Both the position numbers and the translations under genes were made by a program. The notes under the pieces are model-generated. The model had not been told where the DNA came from, made no database searches, and saw only the letters and a list, made by a program, of their open reading frames with translations. This document shows positions 8,940-19,863 of a DNA stretch of 64,000 nt, one piece after another; the stretch's first letter is position 1, and every line of letters begins with the position of its first letter. The DNA is taken from assembly GCA_963733195.1 (NCBI GenBank), contig CAVTCR010000078.1, positions 8,393 through 72,392 on the forward strand. The letters run 5' to 3'. Origin of the DNA: an uncultured delta proteobacterium. Lineage in GTDB: Bacteria; Desulfobacterota; Binatia; Bin18.

Positions 8940-11638
8940 TTACGATTGAACAAGAAACTGACTCGCCAGCCCCTAAATAATCGTCATATTCTCAGCAATC
9001 GTATCGTGAGGAATGAGCAGATACTTCCACGGCTTACCATCGTTCTCACTGCATGATGGGTGGCGTGACGACACCACTGCACTGCGGCGTCCTTCTTGGC
9101 CTGAACTTCACGTCGTCCATTTCGTTTCGTGCTTTGGGCTCCAGCATGTAAATGCAGTCTGCTGTCTCCGCCACGAAATCGGGCTGATACTCCAGGATGA
9201 TCGACACCTGACTTGTAGAAGATCTGGAACTGCCCCTTGGCCGGCTTGAACCACTTTTGGTGATTCGCGGTCCAGAATCACGGCGAGTTTTCGCTCGGCG
9301 TCGGATTGAAATTTCTGACCGGATAGAGACACCGCTTGAAGCCACCGAACAGGTATTTTCGCCATATTGCTCTTGTCGGCGAGCCGTCGGCGAAAGTCAG
9401 CGGACGGCTCGTCCGCTTGACGGTGTAAGGTGGGCTCCTTCAATTCGGTGAATCCCTTACTGACCTTCACCTCGTAGCCGAACGCCTCCTCCCAGTAATG
9501 GTCCTGCATCTGCGCATGGATGAACTCGGCAGATGCCCGCTGATAGAAGCTCAGGACATTCCTGCGTCTCGTCTTCCGAAAGGTAGTTCGAGAAGTGCCT
9601 CACCATTTGCCCAGCCAAGTCGTAGAGCAGATCGGCGTGGTCGTCGTAGGCAACATCGTCGAAGTCGACGAGCCCGCTGACCACATAGTCTTCCAGGCCG
9701 TGCTTCCTCGATACTGCCCCCGCCACAGCTGAACGTCACCTGCACGTCGTGCGCAGGTACTGAATCAAGATTTCTCGGTCCACGGGCTGGATAATTGAAT
9801 GTTCGAGCTGTCCAACGTGAACGGCTTGAAAGCCTGAGTGTCACTTCGCCCTTGGGCACCACAAGAATCCGGGGAATGTCGATGGTCTGCTGGATGACAA
9901 GGTTCGCGGTCTTCTGCCACCACCGCGGCGATGTTCGGCTTTCGCGTAACCCCTCCAGCTCCAGCTGCGCCGGCCCCAGCTGCTCTCCGTCACTTTCTCG
10001 CCTGATCTCGGCTTCCTGCACTGCGTCATTGAGCAGGTACTGCGAGCTGGCTGGTTTTCGTATTGCGGATCACCTCGATAGGCGTCTGCGCAACTTTTTG
10101 CTCTGCTCCTTCGTGAAGGACGGGTAGTCGATGCCTGGAACGTGCGTCTGCGGCTGGCCAGTTACACTGAGCCGGAGACAGCCAATTCCGCTGAGGTTGC
10201 GACTTCGAAACGACCGTCACGGTCTTCTGCAGGATCTGTGCCGGATCGAGGATCACCTGCTGCAACCGAATCGACCGAGTCCGGCTTGTTGGCTTCGTCG
10301 ATGATCTCCTGAAACTTGTCGTGCGCGACGATGTTCAGCCGGTCCACTGCAGTCACGCCAGTGCGCTTGCCGTAGGGCAGGCGCAGGCCGCGGCCGATGG
10401 ATTGCTCGATCAGGATGCGCGCATTGGCGGCGCGCAGCGGGACGATCGTGTAGAGGTTGGTCACGTCCCAGCCTTCCTTGAGCATGTTGACGTGGATGAC
10501 GATCTCGGTCGGCTCGTCGGTGTGCTCGACCTTGAGCAGGCGCTCGATCATCTCCTCTTCCTCCGCGCCGGTCTTGCTGGAATCCACCTGGATGACCTTG
10601 TCCTTGTAGCGGCCTTCGAAGAAGCCGTCCGACTGGATCAAGCTTCAGCAGCTGCGCCCGCGTGCGTCGTGTCGCGGGCGATCACCAGCACGAACGGCTT
10701 CACGATGTGTTGCCGGTCTCGCGCGCGTAGGTTTCCAGCTCCACCTTCACGTCTCTCGTGCAGGCGAACGCCGTCTTCCAGCTTGAGTCTTTTCAATCTC
10801 CTGCGGCGGACATGCCGGTCGGGTTGAAGTTCTTCTGCGTCACGACCGCCGGCTCCTTGACGAAGCCGTCCGCCATCGCCTTGCCAAGCGGGTAGTCGTA
10901 GATGACATTCTTGAACGGCACCGCGCCCCTGGCTGGTTTCGACGAATGGCGTCGCGGTCAGTTCCAGCCCGAGCACCGGTTTCAATTCGTTGATCGCGCG
11001 CACGCCCGCGCGACGCCCGGTAGCGGTGCGACTCGTCCATGATCAGCACGAGGTCGTGCAGCCCGGCCAGATAGTCGAAATAGCTTTCGCCGATGTATTC
11101 CGACAGCCGCTTGATGCGCGGCGATTTGCCGCCGCGCACCTCGGAGTTGATCTTCGAGATGTTGAAGATGTTGACCTTGCAGCGGAGCAACTGGTCGAAC
11201 AGCGTGCCGGCCTTGCGCCTCGTAGTTGTCGCCGGTGATGATCTCCGGCGCGTCGGTGGCGAACTCGGCGATGCCCTTGAAGACATACTTCGGCGTGTTC
11301 GGCGTGAAGTCGGTGATCAGCTTGTTGTAGATCGTCAGGTTCGGCGCCAGGACGAAGAAGTTGTTGATGCCGTGCGCCAGGTGCAGATAGCTGATGAACG
11401 CGCCCATCAGCCGCGTCTTGCCGACGCCGGTCGCCAGCGCGAAGCAGAGCGACGGAAACTCCCGCTCGAAATCGGTGACCGTCGGAAACTCGCTGCGGAT
11501 GGCAGCCAGCGCCGCGTCGAGGTCCGCTGCCTTTCGTCGGCGGGACAATCTCCGTGATGCGGTCGAGAATCTCCAGCGAATGGCGCTGCGGCGGGCGCAG
11601 GCTCAGGCGCCGGCGATGGCGTTGACGTGGCGGTTCAT
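8940..11638 (-). CDS. res: Type III restriction enzyme Res-like subunit (SF2 helicase plus C-terminal PD-(D/E)xK nuclease), multiply frameshifted
   Basis: MNRHVNA..RLSLRPPQ start; LATGVGKT, DESH, LTATP, EGWDV, EQSIGRGLRL; C-terminal YQPDFVAET...LEPK and KPWKYLLIPHD across frames. Confidence 0.85.
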
Positions 11639-13279
11639 GCGCGCTCGCCATCCGCGCTCAAAGAGAGTTCCATGCTGTCCCGGCTTCGGCGGCGCCTTGG
11701 GCAGGTTCTCGACCTTCAGGCTGTAGTCGTCATGGCCCCATTCGCAGCGGGAGAGCACCTCCTTGGGAATCTTCTTCACCGTCAGATTCGGATACCGTCC
11801 GCCTTCGGCCGCGAAAGGCGGAGCAGAGCACCAGCAGTGTACGGTTCGTCGCCCACCTCATCGCTCAGCTGCTGGAGCTGCTCGTGGCTCAGGTTCGGCG
11901 TCGTGACGTAGATGAAGTCGCGCTCGGTCGAATGGCCGTGCTGCCAGTAGACCGTGTCGCTCGGCGCGTAGGTGAAGCCCTCCAGCTTGCACACCGCCTC
12001 GGCCAGCATGGCGGCGTTGTAATTCCTTGTTGATAACCCAGTTGCCCCACTTGTCCTTCTCCAGCAGCGACGGCGCAAGCCGGTAGTAGCGGAACCCGCC
12101 GCCGCCTTTCCAGCCCACGGCTTCCGTGATGCCGCCTGGGTCTTCGCCGTCGATCACCTTCTTGAGCCGCGGAATGATGTGCGTGTGGCAATGCTCGCCC
12201 AGCTCGACCATGATCCAGCGCCGGCCCATCTTGTGGGCAACCGCGCCGGTCGTGCCGGAGCCAGCGAAGGAGTCGAGAACGAGGTCGCCGGGGTTGGTGG
12301 CGATCTGAATGATACGCTGCAACAAGCCGTTCGGGCTTCGGCGTCGCAAACAGTCTCGATGTCCGGCGACAAATTGCTTTAATTTCATGCTTCGCTTCCT
12401 CGATTGTGACCGACTTCCTCGTGCGACCACACGTTCGAGGCACGACGCCTTCTGAACATCGCTGAGATAGCGCTTAATGATCGGAACCCGTTGCCGTCTT
12501 TCCCCACTAGATGCGCTCCGTCTTGCAGCAAGCTCTTAAAGTCTGCTTCGAGAAACGTCCAATATCGTCCTGCTGGCGGTCTGAACTGCTCGCCCAGATG
12601 GCACAGTGATCGGATATATCTGCTCTCGGTGCGGTACTTGCGGCCGTACAGATCACCCTGCCTTCCAGGGGCCACGCGGATCATTGTCCGGGTTCTTGTA
12701 ATCTTGCGTTCTGTTTCTCGTTCTCGGCAGAAGATTGTCAATCTGCCACTTCGCTCGAATCCTTTGCATAGCACGACAATGTAGTCATGCATCGTCGGAA
12801 AGTGAATTCGCCGAATTCTTCGCGCGTAATACCTTTTGCCAGACACACTGTAGCAACGAAGTTTGCTTCCGAATACTTCATCCACAAGACCTCAAATAGT
12901 GGCATCTCGTTGTCATCGATAGTGATCCAGAGCGATCCATCGTCCGACAAGCAGCGTCGGAGAACTCAAGCCTGTCGCGCATCAGCGTCAGCCAGAGAGA
13001 ATGCTCCATTCCATCGTCGTAATGCTCGAACGCACTGCCAGTGTTATACGGCGGGTCGATGAAGATGCACTTAATCTTGCCCGCGAACTCCTGCTCCAGC
13101 GCCTTGAGGGCGAGAAGGTTATCGCCAAAGATGAGCCGGTTATCGAAGATGTCGCTATCGGTGACTCGATGCGGGGCGTGATAGGACCTCTCCGGGTCTT
13201 CCAGCAGGATGCGCGGCTCCAGCCTGGGCCGGTTCTCCTTACCAATCCAAGTCAGTTCGAGTTTTTGCTTCTTCGTCAT
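11635..13279 (-). CDS. mod: Type III R-M Mod-like site-specific DNA methyltransferase (beta class), frameshifted
   Basis: LELTWIGK N-terminus, GDNLLAL, DPPYNTG (motif IV), TPKPE.L, DSFAGSGTT (motif I), GGGFRYYRL; apparent ATGA overlap with res. Confidence 0.88.
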
Positions 13280-13293
13280 GCGCGTTCCGATAC

Positions 13294-14750
13294 TTACGCC
13301 CAGTAGGGAATGTACTCCGCAAACTTCGAGGATGATGATGTCGGGTCTTTCCGCTTGATCCGGCCTGCCTCTACTGCATCTCGGATGAGGTTGGAGACTT
13401 GCGTGCGCTGTTTCTCATGCATCTTAAGACGCTCGCGTAACGATGTGTTGGTCAGCGAGCTACTGCTGAGATACTTGAGAACCGCATGCTGGTAGCAGGC
13501 CTCGATCCGTTCTGATTGGGACATCTCAGCAAATTTTCGAGGTGCGAATAATGAAACCTTAAAGTAATTTTCTCCCTGCTCGAAGGCAACAGGCGGAAGA
13601 CCATAAAGTTCAACGCTGGTTACCACCTTCATAAAGCCGGTGCCGCGTTCCTCACAGATCCGATAACGTCGGAACGCCGAAGCAAGTATTTCGTTGCGTG
13701 ACTCCGGTGTGGTGCCGATGAGCCGGTCGATTTTCTTGGATGGAGGAAGGGCTCCAGGATTAGTAAACTCGATACGGTTGTCAAAAATTTCTACCATCGG
13801 GCCTGTGCCAGTAATGGTAAAATCTTGATGAATAAGCGCGTTGGCAATGAGTTCCCGCAGGGCAATCTCCGGGTACACACTCACCTCGCGCCGCAGCGCC
13901 TTTTCGATGACTTCGCTATGGGGAAGGATATGCTTGAGGTGCGTAATCAGTCCCTCGAAGCCGATAGCGTATCCTTTTTGTCCCACGGTCTCATCAATGG
14001 TTTCTACCTTGTTGAAGCCCCTGTAGTGGATCACGCGAATGCGCTTGCGTTCGAGCTCGTCGAACTCGGCCAGACGGCGTGCGGCGGCAACTACGCCAAA
14101 GTTAGTAATGTAATATCCGCCGCCGTCTGGTTCGATGAATTTTTCCTCTCTTAGCCAGCGCAGCAGCTTTCCGTTTTCTCGGTTGCTGGACGGTCCAGCA
14201 ACCTATGGATACCCGTGGTATCGAGTTTTTGTAGCACCTCTTCGAATGGGAGCAGCGTTGAAGCCCGCAGTTCCTCCCAGCGCGGATTGCGGCTGTTTAA
14301 GAGCAATGCACCGACCTCCTGACGAGAAGCAACACGCGTGGTTCCTCCAGACCGGACATAGCAATGCTCAAGGGACTTACCGCGCAAATGCACGGGTTTA
14401 ATCTTACTTTCCTTGACCAGCACGAACAGCAAAGATGTTTTGTGGAACTCTACAATGGCATGGTCTATCGTGACCGGTGGCTCCAAGGCATCGCGCCCAA
14501 GATTCGCAATCTGACCAACGATCGTTTCGGCTTCTGGCTGTTGGATACCTATCGGGGTGGCCGTCTGGTCATTGACGCCAAATACGACGATCCCTCCGTT
14601 CGGAGAGTTAGCAAAGGCCGAAAGATGTTGCACCAGACGATCCTTCTTCGGGGAAAGGCTCTGCTTCCAATCCAGCTCGTTGAGTTCGTGAGGTACCGGC
14701 TCAAGGCTGGATTCAAGAGTGCTCACTGCGGTAGTAATCCAGTGCTTCAT
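13294..14750 (-). CDS. AlbA_2/Schlafen-like DNA-binding domain plus HATPase_c_4 (RecG C-terminal-like) and wHTH protein, one frameshift near 14150-14180
   Basis: ELDWKQ...LSAFANSPNGG.VVFGV.D (AlbA_2); RELIANALIHQDF, NPG, RN..LA, EERGTG (HATPase_c_4). Confidence 0.83.
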
Positions 14751-14840
14751 TGTCTATGAACTAGTAAATTGTTGTAATTGCAGCAGTTATATGACTTTTC
14801 CGTTTTCGAGTGAAGTAAAGAAACCACGCTATCGTTAGGG

Positions 14841-17701
14841 TTATCCTTCCTCAAGTCGCCACCGAATGGCCAGGAGTGACTCTAACCGGGTTGTCTGTGC
14901 TAGCTTCCCTTCAATATCCACGATTAACTGCTCGCGCTGCCGATCAATCTCGTCCTGCGCATCAAAGAGCGCCCGACGCTTGCCGTTGCGCTGTGATTCC
15001 AACGCCTTGATCTGCTTCTGACCCGCTAGCTTCTCCTCCAATGTCGGCGCGAGCGTAGCGGCCCGTTTCGCTTCCTTAACTTGCCGGTCAATGTCTTTGA
15101 TCTCGCGTTCAAGCGCCACCTTCAGGTCATCAGCCCAGCGATCGAGTTTCTCGGCTTCAAGCTCGAAGAAGTTGGCGTTTCGTTCTGAAATGTTGCGCTG
15201 AATAGCGGCTTTTCGTTGCTCTACCAGTTCCTTCAACTCATCGTGGGAGATTACGTCCGCGAGCGGTGTCGTTGATGTCGCCGGGAGGGAAAGGAGTCGC
15301 CGCGCGGCGTCCTCTTCGAGTATCCATCCTTCCCTTGTGCTGACCGCCAACAGCAAATGATCCTCCGTCTGATTCAGAGATTCCACCATTAACAGGCTTA
15401 GGAGAAGCTCGCCACTTTGTCCAATGTAGGGCTCCAGGGCGCTGATTCTTGGCCCATAACTAGAGTAATCGAAAGTGAGCTCGGCCGGAGACAGCACGCG
15501 AGACTTGGCTTGCCGCAAGACCTGTTCGGCTAACGGGTGCCCAAGCCGGTAGAGGTGCGCTTCCCCGGAACGACGCGGCAGCTCGTATCGTCCTAATGGA
15601 ATATCACCGGGGAAAGGGCAGGACTTCAGCCAAAAGGCAGACCCGTCAACGAGTTCCGCATGGTCTCGCAACTCGTAGCGAGTCAGGTCCATCAGCATTC
15701 GCTCGTAGCGATTCAGGTAGGTCTGGCTGTTCTCCAAGTTGATGCGTAACTTTTCGTGGACTTCCGTATCGAAGTTTTCCAGCAACTGTTGGCGGGTACG
15801 GGTTATGGCTTCGTCAATCTGTTGGCTTAATTCCCGCTGGAGTCATCAAAGGCGGCATTGATCTCTTCAGGTTTGCGACAGCGTTGATAAATGTCTGCGA
15901 TCCGTTTCTCGAAGTCTACCCCCGACTCGACCGCACCGAGCACTTCATCACTCGCGCCAAAGACGCCTTCAAACAGGGAGAATTTTTCCGAGAGCAGTTG
16001 AAAGACGCGCTGATCGGCAGCGTTTGTCTGATTGAAAAAATTGACCACCACGACATCATGCTTCTGTCCATAGCGATGACAACGCCCGATCCGTTGCTCA
16101 ATGCGTTGCGGATTCCAGGGCAGATCGTAGTTCACCACCAGAGAGCAGAACTGGAGGTTGATGCCTTCTGCTCCTGCTTCCGTGGCAATCATGATGTGCC
16201 CTTGCTCACGGAAGTAATCGACCAGGGCCGAGCGCATGTCAGCCGTGCGGGAACCGGTCACGCGATCCGTGCCCTCATGCCGTCGCACCCAGTCAGTGTA
16301 GATCTTACGCGATTGTGTGTCGGTATTGGAGCCGTTGAACAGCACGATACCTTCGGAGTACGGACTTTCGGCCAGCACTCGTAGCAAATACTCCTGCGTA
16401 CGGCGGGATTCCGTGAAGATGATGGCTTTGCGTGCAGCACCCAGACGCTCAGCCTCGGCGAAGGCACGATCAAGGGCGATGAGTAACGCCTGGCCCTTGG
16501 CATTGTGGGTGATCGAGACGGCGAGGGTACGGAACGCTTCGAGATCGGCAATTTCTTTTTCGAGAGCGACACGGTCAGCCTCGGAGAGCGGCTCAGGTTC
16601 AGAGTGTCTCTTCTGGCCATTCCTCTGCTGTTTCGTCGAGAGCTTCGTAGTCTTGGTCTAGCTCTTCTTCAAGCGATTGCTTCGGTTGGCGTTTTCCAAG
16701 CCGAGCCTGAAGACGCTGACTGATAGTGTCGAGCGCTCCGGCAATAGCGAAGGTGGAGGATGCGAGGAGCTTGCGCAGCACCAAGGTCATGAGCGAACGC
16801 TGACTCGCAGGCAGCGCTTGCAGGTTATCACGCCGCAGATACTCGGAGACGAGGTGATAGAGCCGGTCTTCACTTTCTTCGGGGGTAAAGGATTGCACGA
16901 GGGGATGACGACGGGTGTAGGGCACGTAGGCTGTCACTTGTCGCCGGAGAGTGCGATGACAAACGGGTTTGATCCTGGCCTTTAGCGTATCGAAGACGTG
17001 CTTGTTGTTGAGAGTGGTAAACTGCTCGCGAAAGCTCTTGAGATCCCCGAAGGCATACTCGTCGATGAAGCTGACCAAACCGAAGAGTTCCAGCAATGAG
17101 TTTTGCAGGGGCGTGGCAGTGAGCAGCAGTTTCGGGACATCCTTGAGGGCGTGTTTGAGAGTGTTAGCGATCACGTTATTCGGCTTGTACACATTGCGCA
17201 GCCGGTGCGCTTCATCAATCACCACTAAATCCCATCGATCGCGTTGACATCAGCCGCCTTGCTGCGAGCGAACTGGTAAGAACAGATGACGATCGTGTCC
17301 GTGGTCTCGAAAGGCCGGAAGTTCCCGTGTTTGACTGCCTCGTTGTAAAAACGAGTCTCCAAAATTGTACACGGTAGAAAGAACTTCTCCTGCAGCTCTT
17401 GATGCCATTGTTTACGCAGGTTGGCAGGGGTGATGATCAGAATCCGCCGTTTCCGTTCCGCCCACTTCTGCGAGATAACAAGTCCAGCTTCAATGGTTTT
17501 GCCGAGCCCGACTTCATCTGCCAGTAACGCACCTTTCGAGAGGGGAGAGTTGAAGGCAAACAGCGCAGCTTCGACTTGATGTGGGTTGAGATCAACCTTG
17601 GCATCCACCAACGCCCCGGCCAGTTTTTCGAGACTGTCTGACGAGCACCGCTTCGTCAGTTCATACGCGAAGTATTTTGCTTGATAGTCGGTTAAGTTCA
17701 T
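14841..17701 (-). CDS. SNF2-family helicase with C-terminal coiled coil (split by ~4 frameshifts)
   Basis: LADEVGLGKT, DEAH, LTATP, EGINLQ, WNPQRIEQRIGRCHRYGQ over ORFs 17225-17710, 16599-17225, 15827-16387, 14841-15785. Confidence 0.88.
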
Positions 17702-17815
17702 CACGACCACACAAAAATCTCACAAATGGCAATAGGTGAAACCCTCACCTGAATGAACAGCAGCTCTAAATCTATGGAGAGATTGAGCAATCCCGATTTC
17801 CCCCCTTAAATAGAA

Positions 17816-17843
17816 ATTACAGTAACTTGATTGTTACCGTCAA
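17816..17843 (-). promoter_or_regulatory. Candidate sigma70-type promoter with palindromic operator in the spacer
   Basis: Minus strand TTGACG-GTAACAATCAAGTTAC-TGTAAT; GTAAC-N6-GTTAC inverted repeat at 17822-17837. Confidence 0.5.
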
Positions 17844-18021
17844 ATTCCTTCAAGTTTCAGCCGAATTCCGAATTGTGCGGAGAAGCAGTCATTCACGTGG
17901 AAGGCTCTGCCGCTTCAGCCTAAATCCAGACGTTATGCACAGTAAGGAAGTGTGGAAGGATTGAGGACCTGATTCAACCAACAGAACTTTTCGAATAACT
18001 GTCGGGAAGGGCAGCGGTAGG

Positions 18022-18054
18022 AGAAGAAACCTCTCTGGGAGATAAGCCAGAGAG
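18022..18054 (-). terminator. Intrinsic terminator (probable riboswitch expression platform)
   Basis: Minus strand CTCTCTGG-CTTATCTC-CCAGAGAG followed by GTTTCTTCT, ~50 nt 3' of the aptamer. Confidence 0.7.
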
Positions 18055-18103
18055 TCTCGCGAAGAAGCCGTGCACCATTACACAGCCCCCAGAGGAGGTG
18101 TGC

Positions 18104-18200
18104 GTGCCCGGCAGCCCTGCTGCCATATCCCACTAACTACACGAGACGTAGGCCAGTGGCTTTGCGTCCCACCCTTTCGAGCGGTTTGCCCTTGACGGGT
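18104..18200 (-). ncRNA. Cyclic di-GMP-I (GEMM) riboswitch aptamer
   Basis: Minus strand AAGGGCAAACCGCTC-GAAA-GGGTGGGACGCAAAGCCACTGGCCTA...ATGGCAGCAGGGCTGCCG matches the Vc2-type core (GGCAAACC, GNRA tetraloop, GGGACGCAAAGC); G at the G20-equivalent position. Confidence 0.9.
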
Positions 18201-18305
18201 TTCTTCTGCCTACCGCTGTTGGTCCAAGTACTAAGAACGGACAATGAGAGAAAAGCTTTAATACGTAACGCTCCACTGTCATGCACTTTGGATTTCTCAT
18301 AAGAT

Positions 18306-18965
18306 TCACGCACCCCGTGACGTTGGCTGCTGATTTCCCCAACCATCGAAATGTGTTACTTCTGGCGCAGGTCGGCGTGAAACCGGACCAAATTTCCCTT
18401 GTGGAAAACCAATCGGTATCAGCGCTACGACTCCGTACTGCTCAGGAATGGCAAACCGCTCATGTAATTCCTCTTCAAACAGTTGATGCATGGTCGTCAG
18501 ACTTGCTCCGAGCCCCAATCCACGACACGCTAACAGAATGTTTTGTACACAGGGATAAATCGAACCGTAGGATGGTGGCGCTTTTCCCACACGTTTGTCC
18601 TTCGGTACGCTGAATGGCCAATCACGCAGTCCGCAAACCAGCAGCAACACTGGTACTTCGTGCATATGTTCAGCCAAATGCATGGCGGCGCGAGCGATGC
18701 GGGCGTTGGAAGAACGATCTTCTGGTTTCGGCAGAAAGGCAGCAAAGCGGGACAGCATTGCTTGGTGATAACGTTCTTGGATGAACTTTTTTCCCTGTGG
18801 TTCTTGTACGACCACAAATGCCCACGGTTGCGTGTTCTGTCCGCTCGGAGCGCGCGTACCGGCATCAAGTACTTTGCGGATCAATTCAACCGGCACCGGA
18901 TCGGGCTTGAGCCGCCGCATCGCGCGCATGGTAGTGATAGCGTCAAATAAATCGAGGTCTGGCAT
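18306..18965 (-). CDS. Nitroreductase family protein
   Basis: RAMRRLKPDPVP, RAPSGQNTQPW.FVVV, QNILLACRGLGLG. Confidence 0.92.
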   Translation of the reverse strand: MPDLDLFDAITTMRAMRRLKPDPVPVELIRKVLDAGTRAPSGQNTQPWAFVVVQEPQGKKFIQERYHQAMLSRFAAFLPKPEDRSSNARIARAAMHLAEHMHEVPVLLLVCGLRDWPFSVPKDKRVGKAPPSYGSIYPCVQNILLACRGLGLGASLTTMHQLFEEELHERFAIPEQYGVVALIPIGFPQGKFGPVSRRPAPEVTHFDGWGNQQPTSRGA

Positions 18966-19084
18966 GAGAAACTCCTAAGAGGTTGTCATAAAAGCAGGAG
19001 GACCCTGTCATTGCGAGGAGTCGTAGGCAATGTAAGAGCACGGCGTACCGTGCCTCTCCAATGCATCGCGGTCATCTCTGTGAG

Positions 19085-19765
19085 CTATGTTTTGCTAATC
19101 TCGCGTAGACAATCAACAATGGCCTGTGGTTCTAAACGGTGAGTGTAGTCGGCATCAACAAACGCTAAACGAACAGTTCCATCCTTGGCAACGACAAAAG
19201 TGCCCGGCATCGGCAACTCCCACGATTCATCGCCATTGTAAGCTGGAAGGTCAGCACCGATGTTTTTGTAAATTGGGCGGAGGATTTCGGCGACTGGAAA
19301 TACGAGTTTGAACTGCCGCGCTACTTTGTTGCCTGCATCACTGAGCACGTCAAACGTGAGATGATCTTTCTCTGTCGTTGCCACGGTTTTCTCTGGTTGC
19401 TCTGGAGTGATCGCGACAATCGACGCTCCTAATGCTTGCATCTCAGGCAGTCTCGTTTGGTACGCCTGCAACTGCAGGTTGCAGTACGGTCACCATCCAC
19501 CGCGATAGAAAGTGACAACCGCAGGTCCCTTTTTGAGGACCTCGGAGAACGTGACGCGCTCCCCACGCGTATTGGCCAGCGTAAAGTCAGGAGCCTTCTC
19601 ACCAACATGGAGGCTGCGCTCGGCAATGCCAGAACGAACAAGTTCTGTCGTCGTTTTCTCGAAGGTCTCAAGGATCTCTTTGGGAATCTTTGGCAGCAAA
19701 TCTTTTTGAAACGCACTGATCTGTTCTTGCAATTCAGTGCTCAAGCTGTGACTTTGCGTGCTCAT
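19085..19765 (-). CDS. Peroxiredoxin-like (AhpC/TSA family) selenoprotein, UxxC motif; Sec at TGA 19490-19492
   Basis: ORFs 19490-19798 and 19085-19471 are in the same frame; readthrough gives FYRGGW-U-PYCNLQL where the family has WCPYC; AGGAGG RBS before ATG 19765. Confidence 0.88.
19459..19489 (-). promoter_or_regulatory. Bacterial SECIS-like hairpin immediately 3' of the Sec codon
   Basis: UGA-CC-GUAC-UGCAA-CCUGC-AGUU-GCAGG-C-GUAC: stem with GU-containing apical loop ~17-20 nt after UGA. Confidence 0.65.
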
Positions 19766-19863
19766 TGGCCGTGCCCTCCTCTCGTAAGATGAGGACACAG
19801 CTACTCTTGCTGAGCAGGTGAATCAACTCCCTCGCTGCTCTGAAACGAGCAGGTCCCGGGAAA

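Noticed and set aside
11635-13279. Phase-variable mod gene
   Set aside because: No simple sequence repeat tract is visible in or before mod.
8940-18000. Autonomous mobile element or ICE carrying the defence operon
   Set aside because: No integrase, transposase, tRNA target or flanking direct repeats were seen.
18104-18200. GEMM-Ib (3',3'-cGAMP) riboswitch variant
   Set aside because: The discriminating position reads G (AGGGCAAACC), the c-di-GMP type, not A.
17933-18346. Short ORFs over the riboswitch region as leader peptides
   Set aside because: No convincing RBS or homology; they are chance frames through structured RNA.
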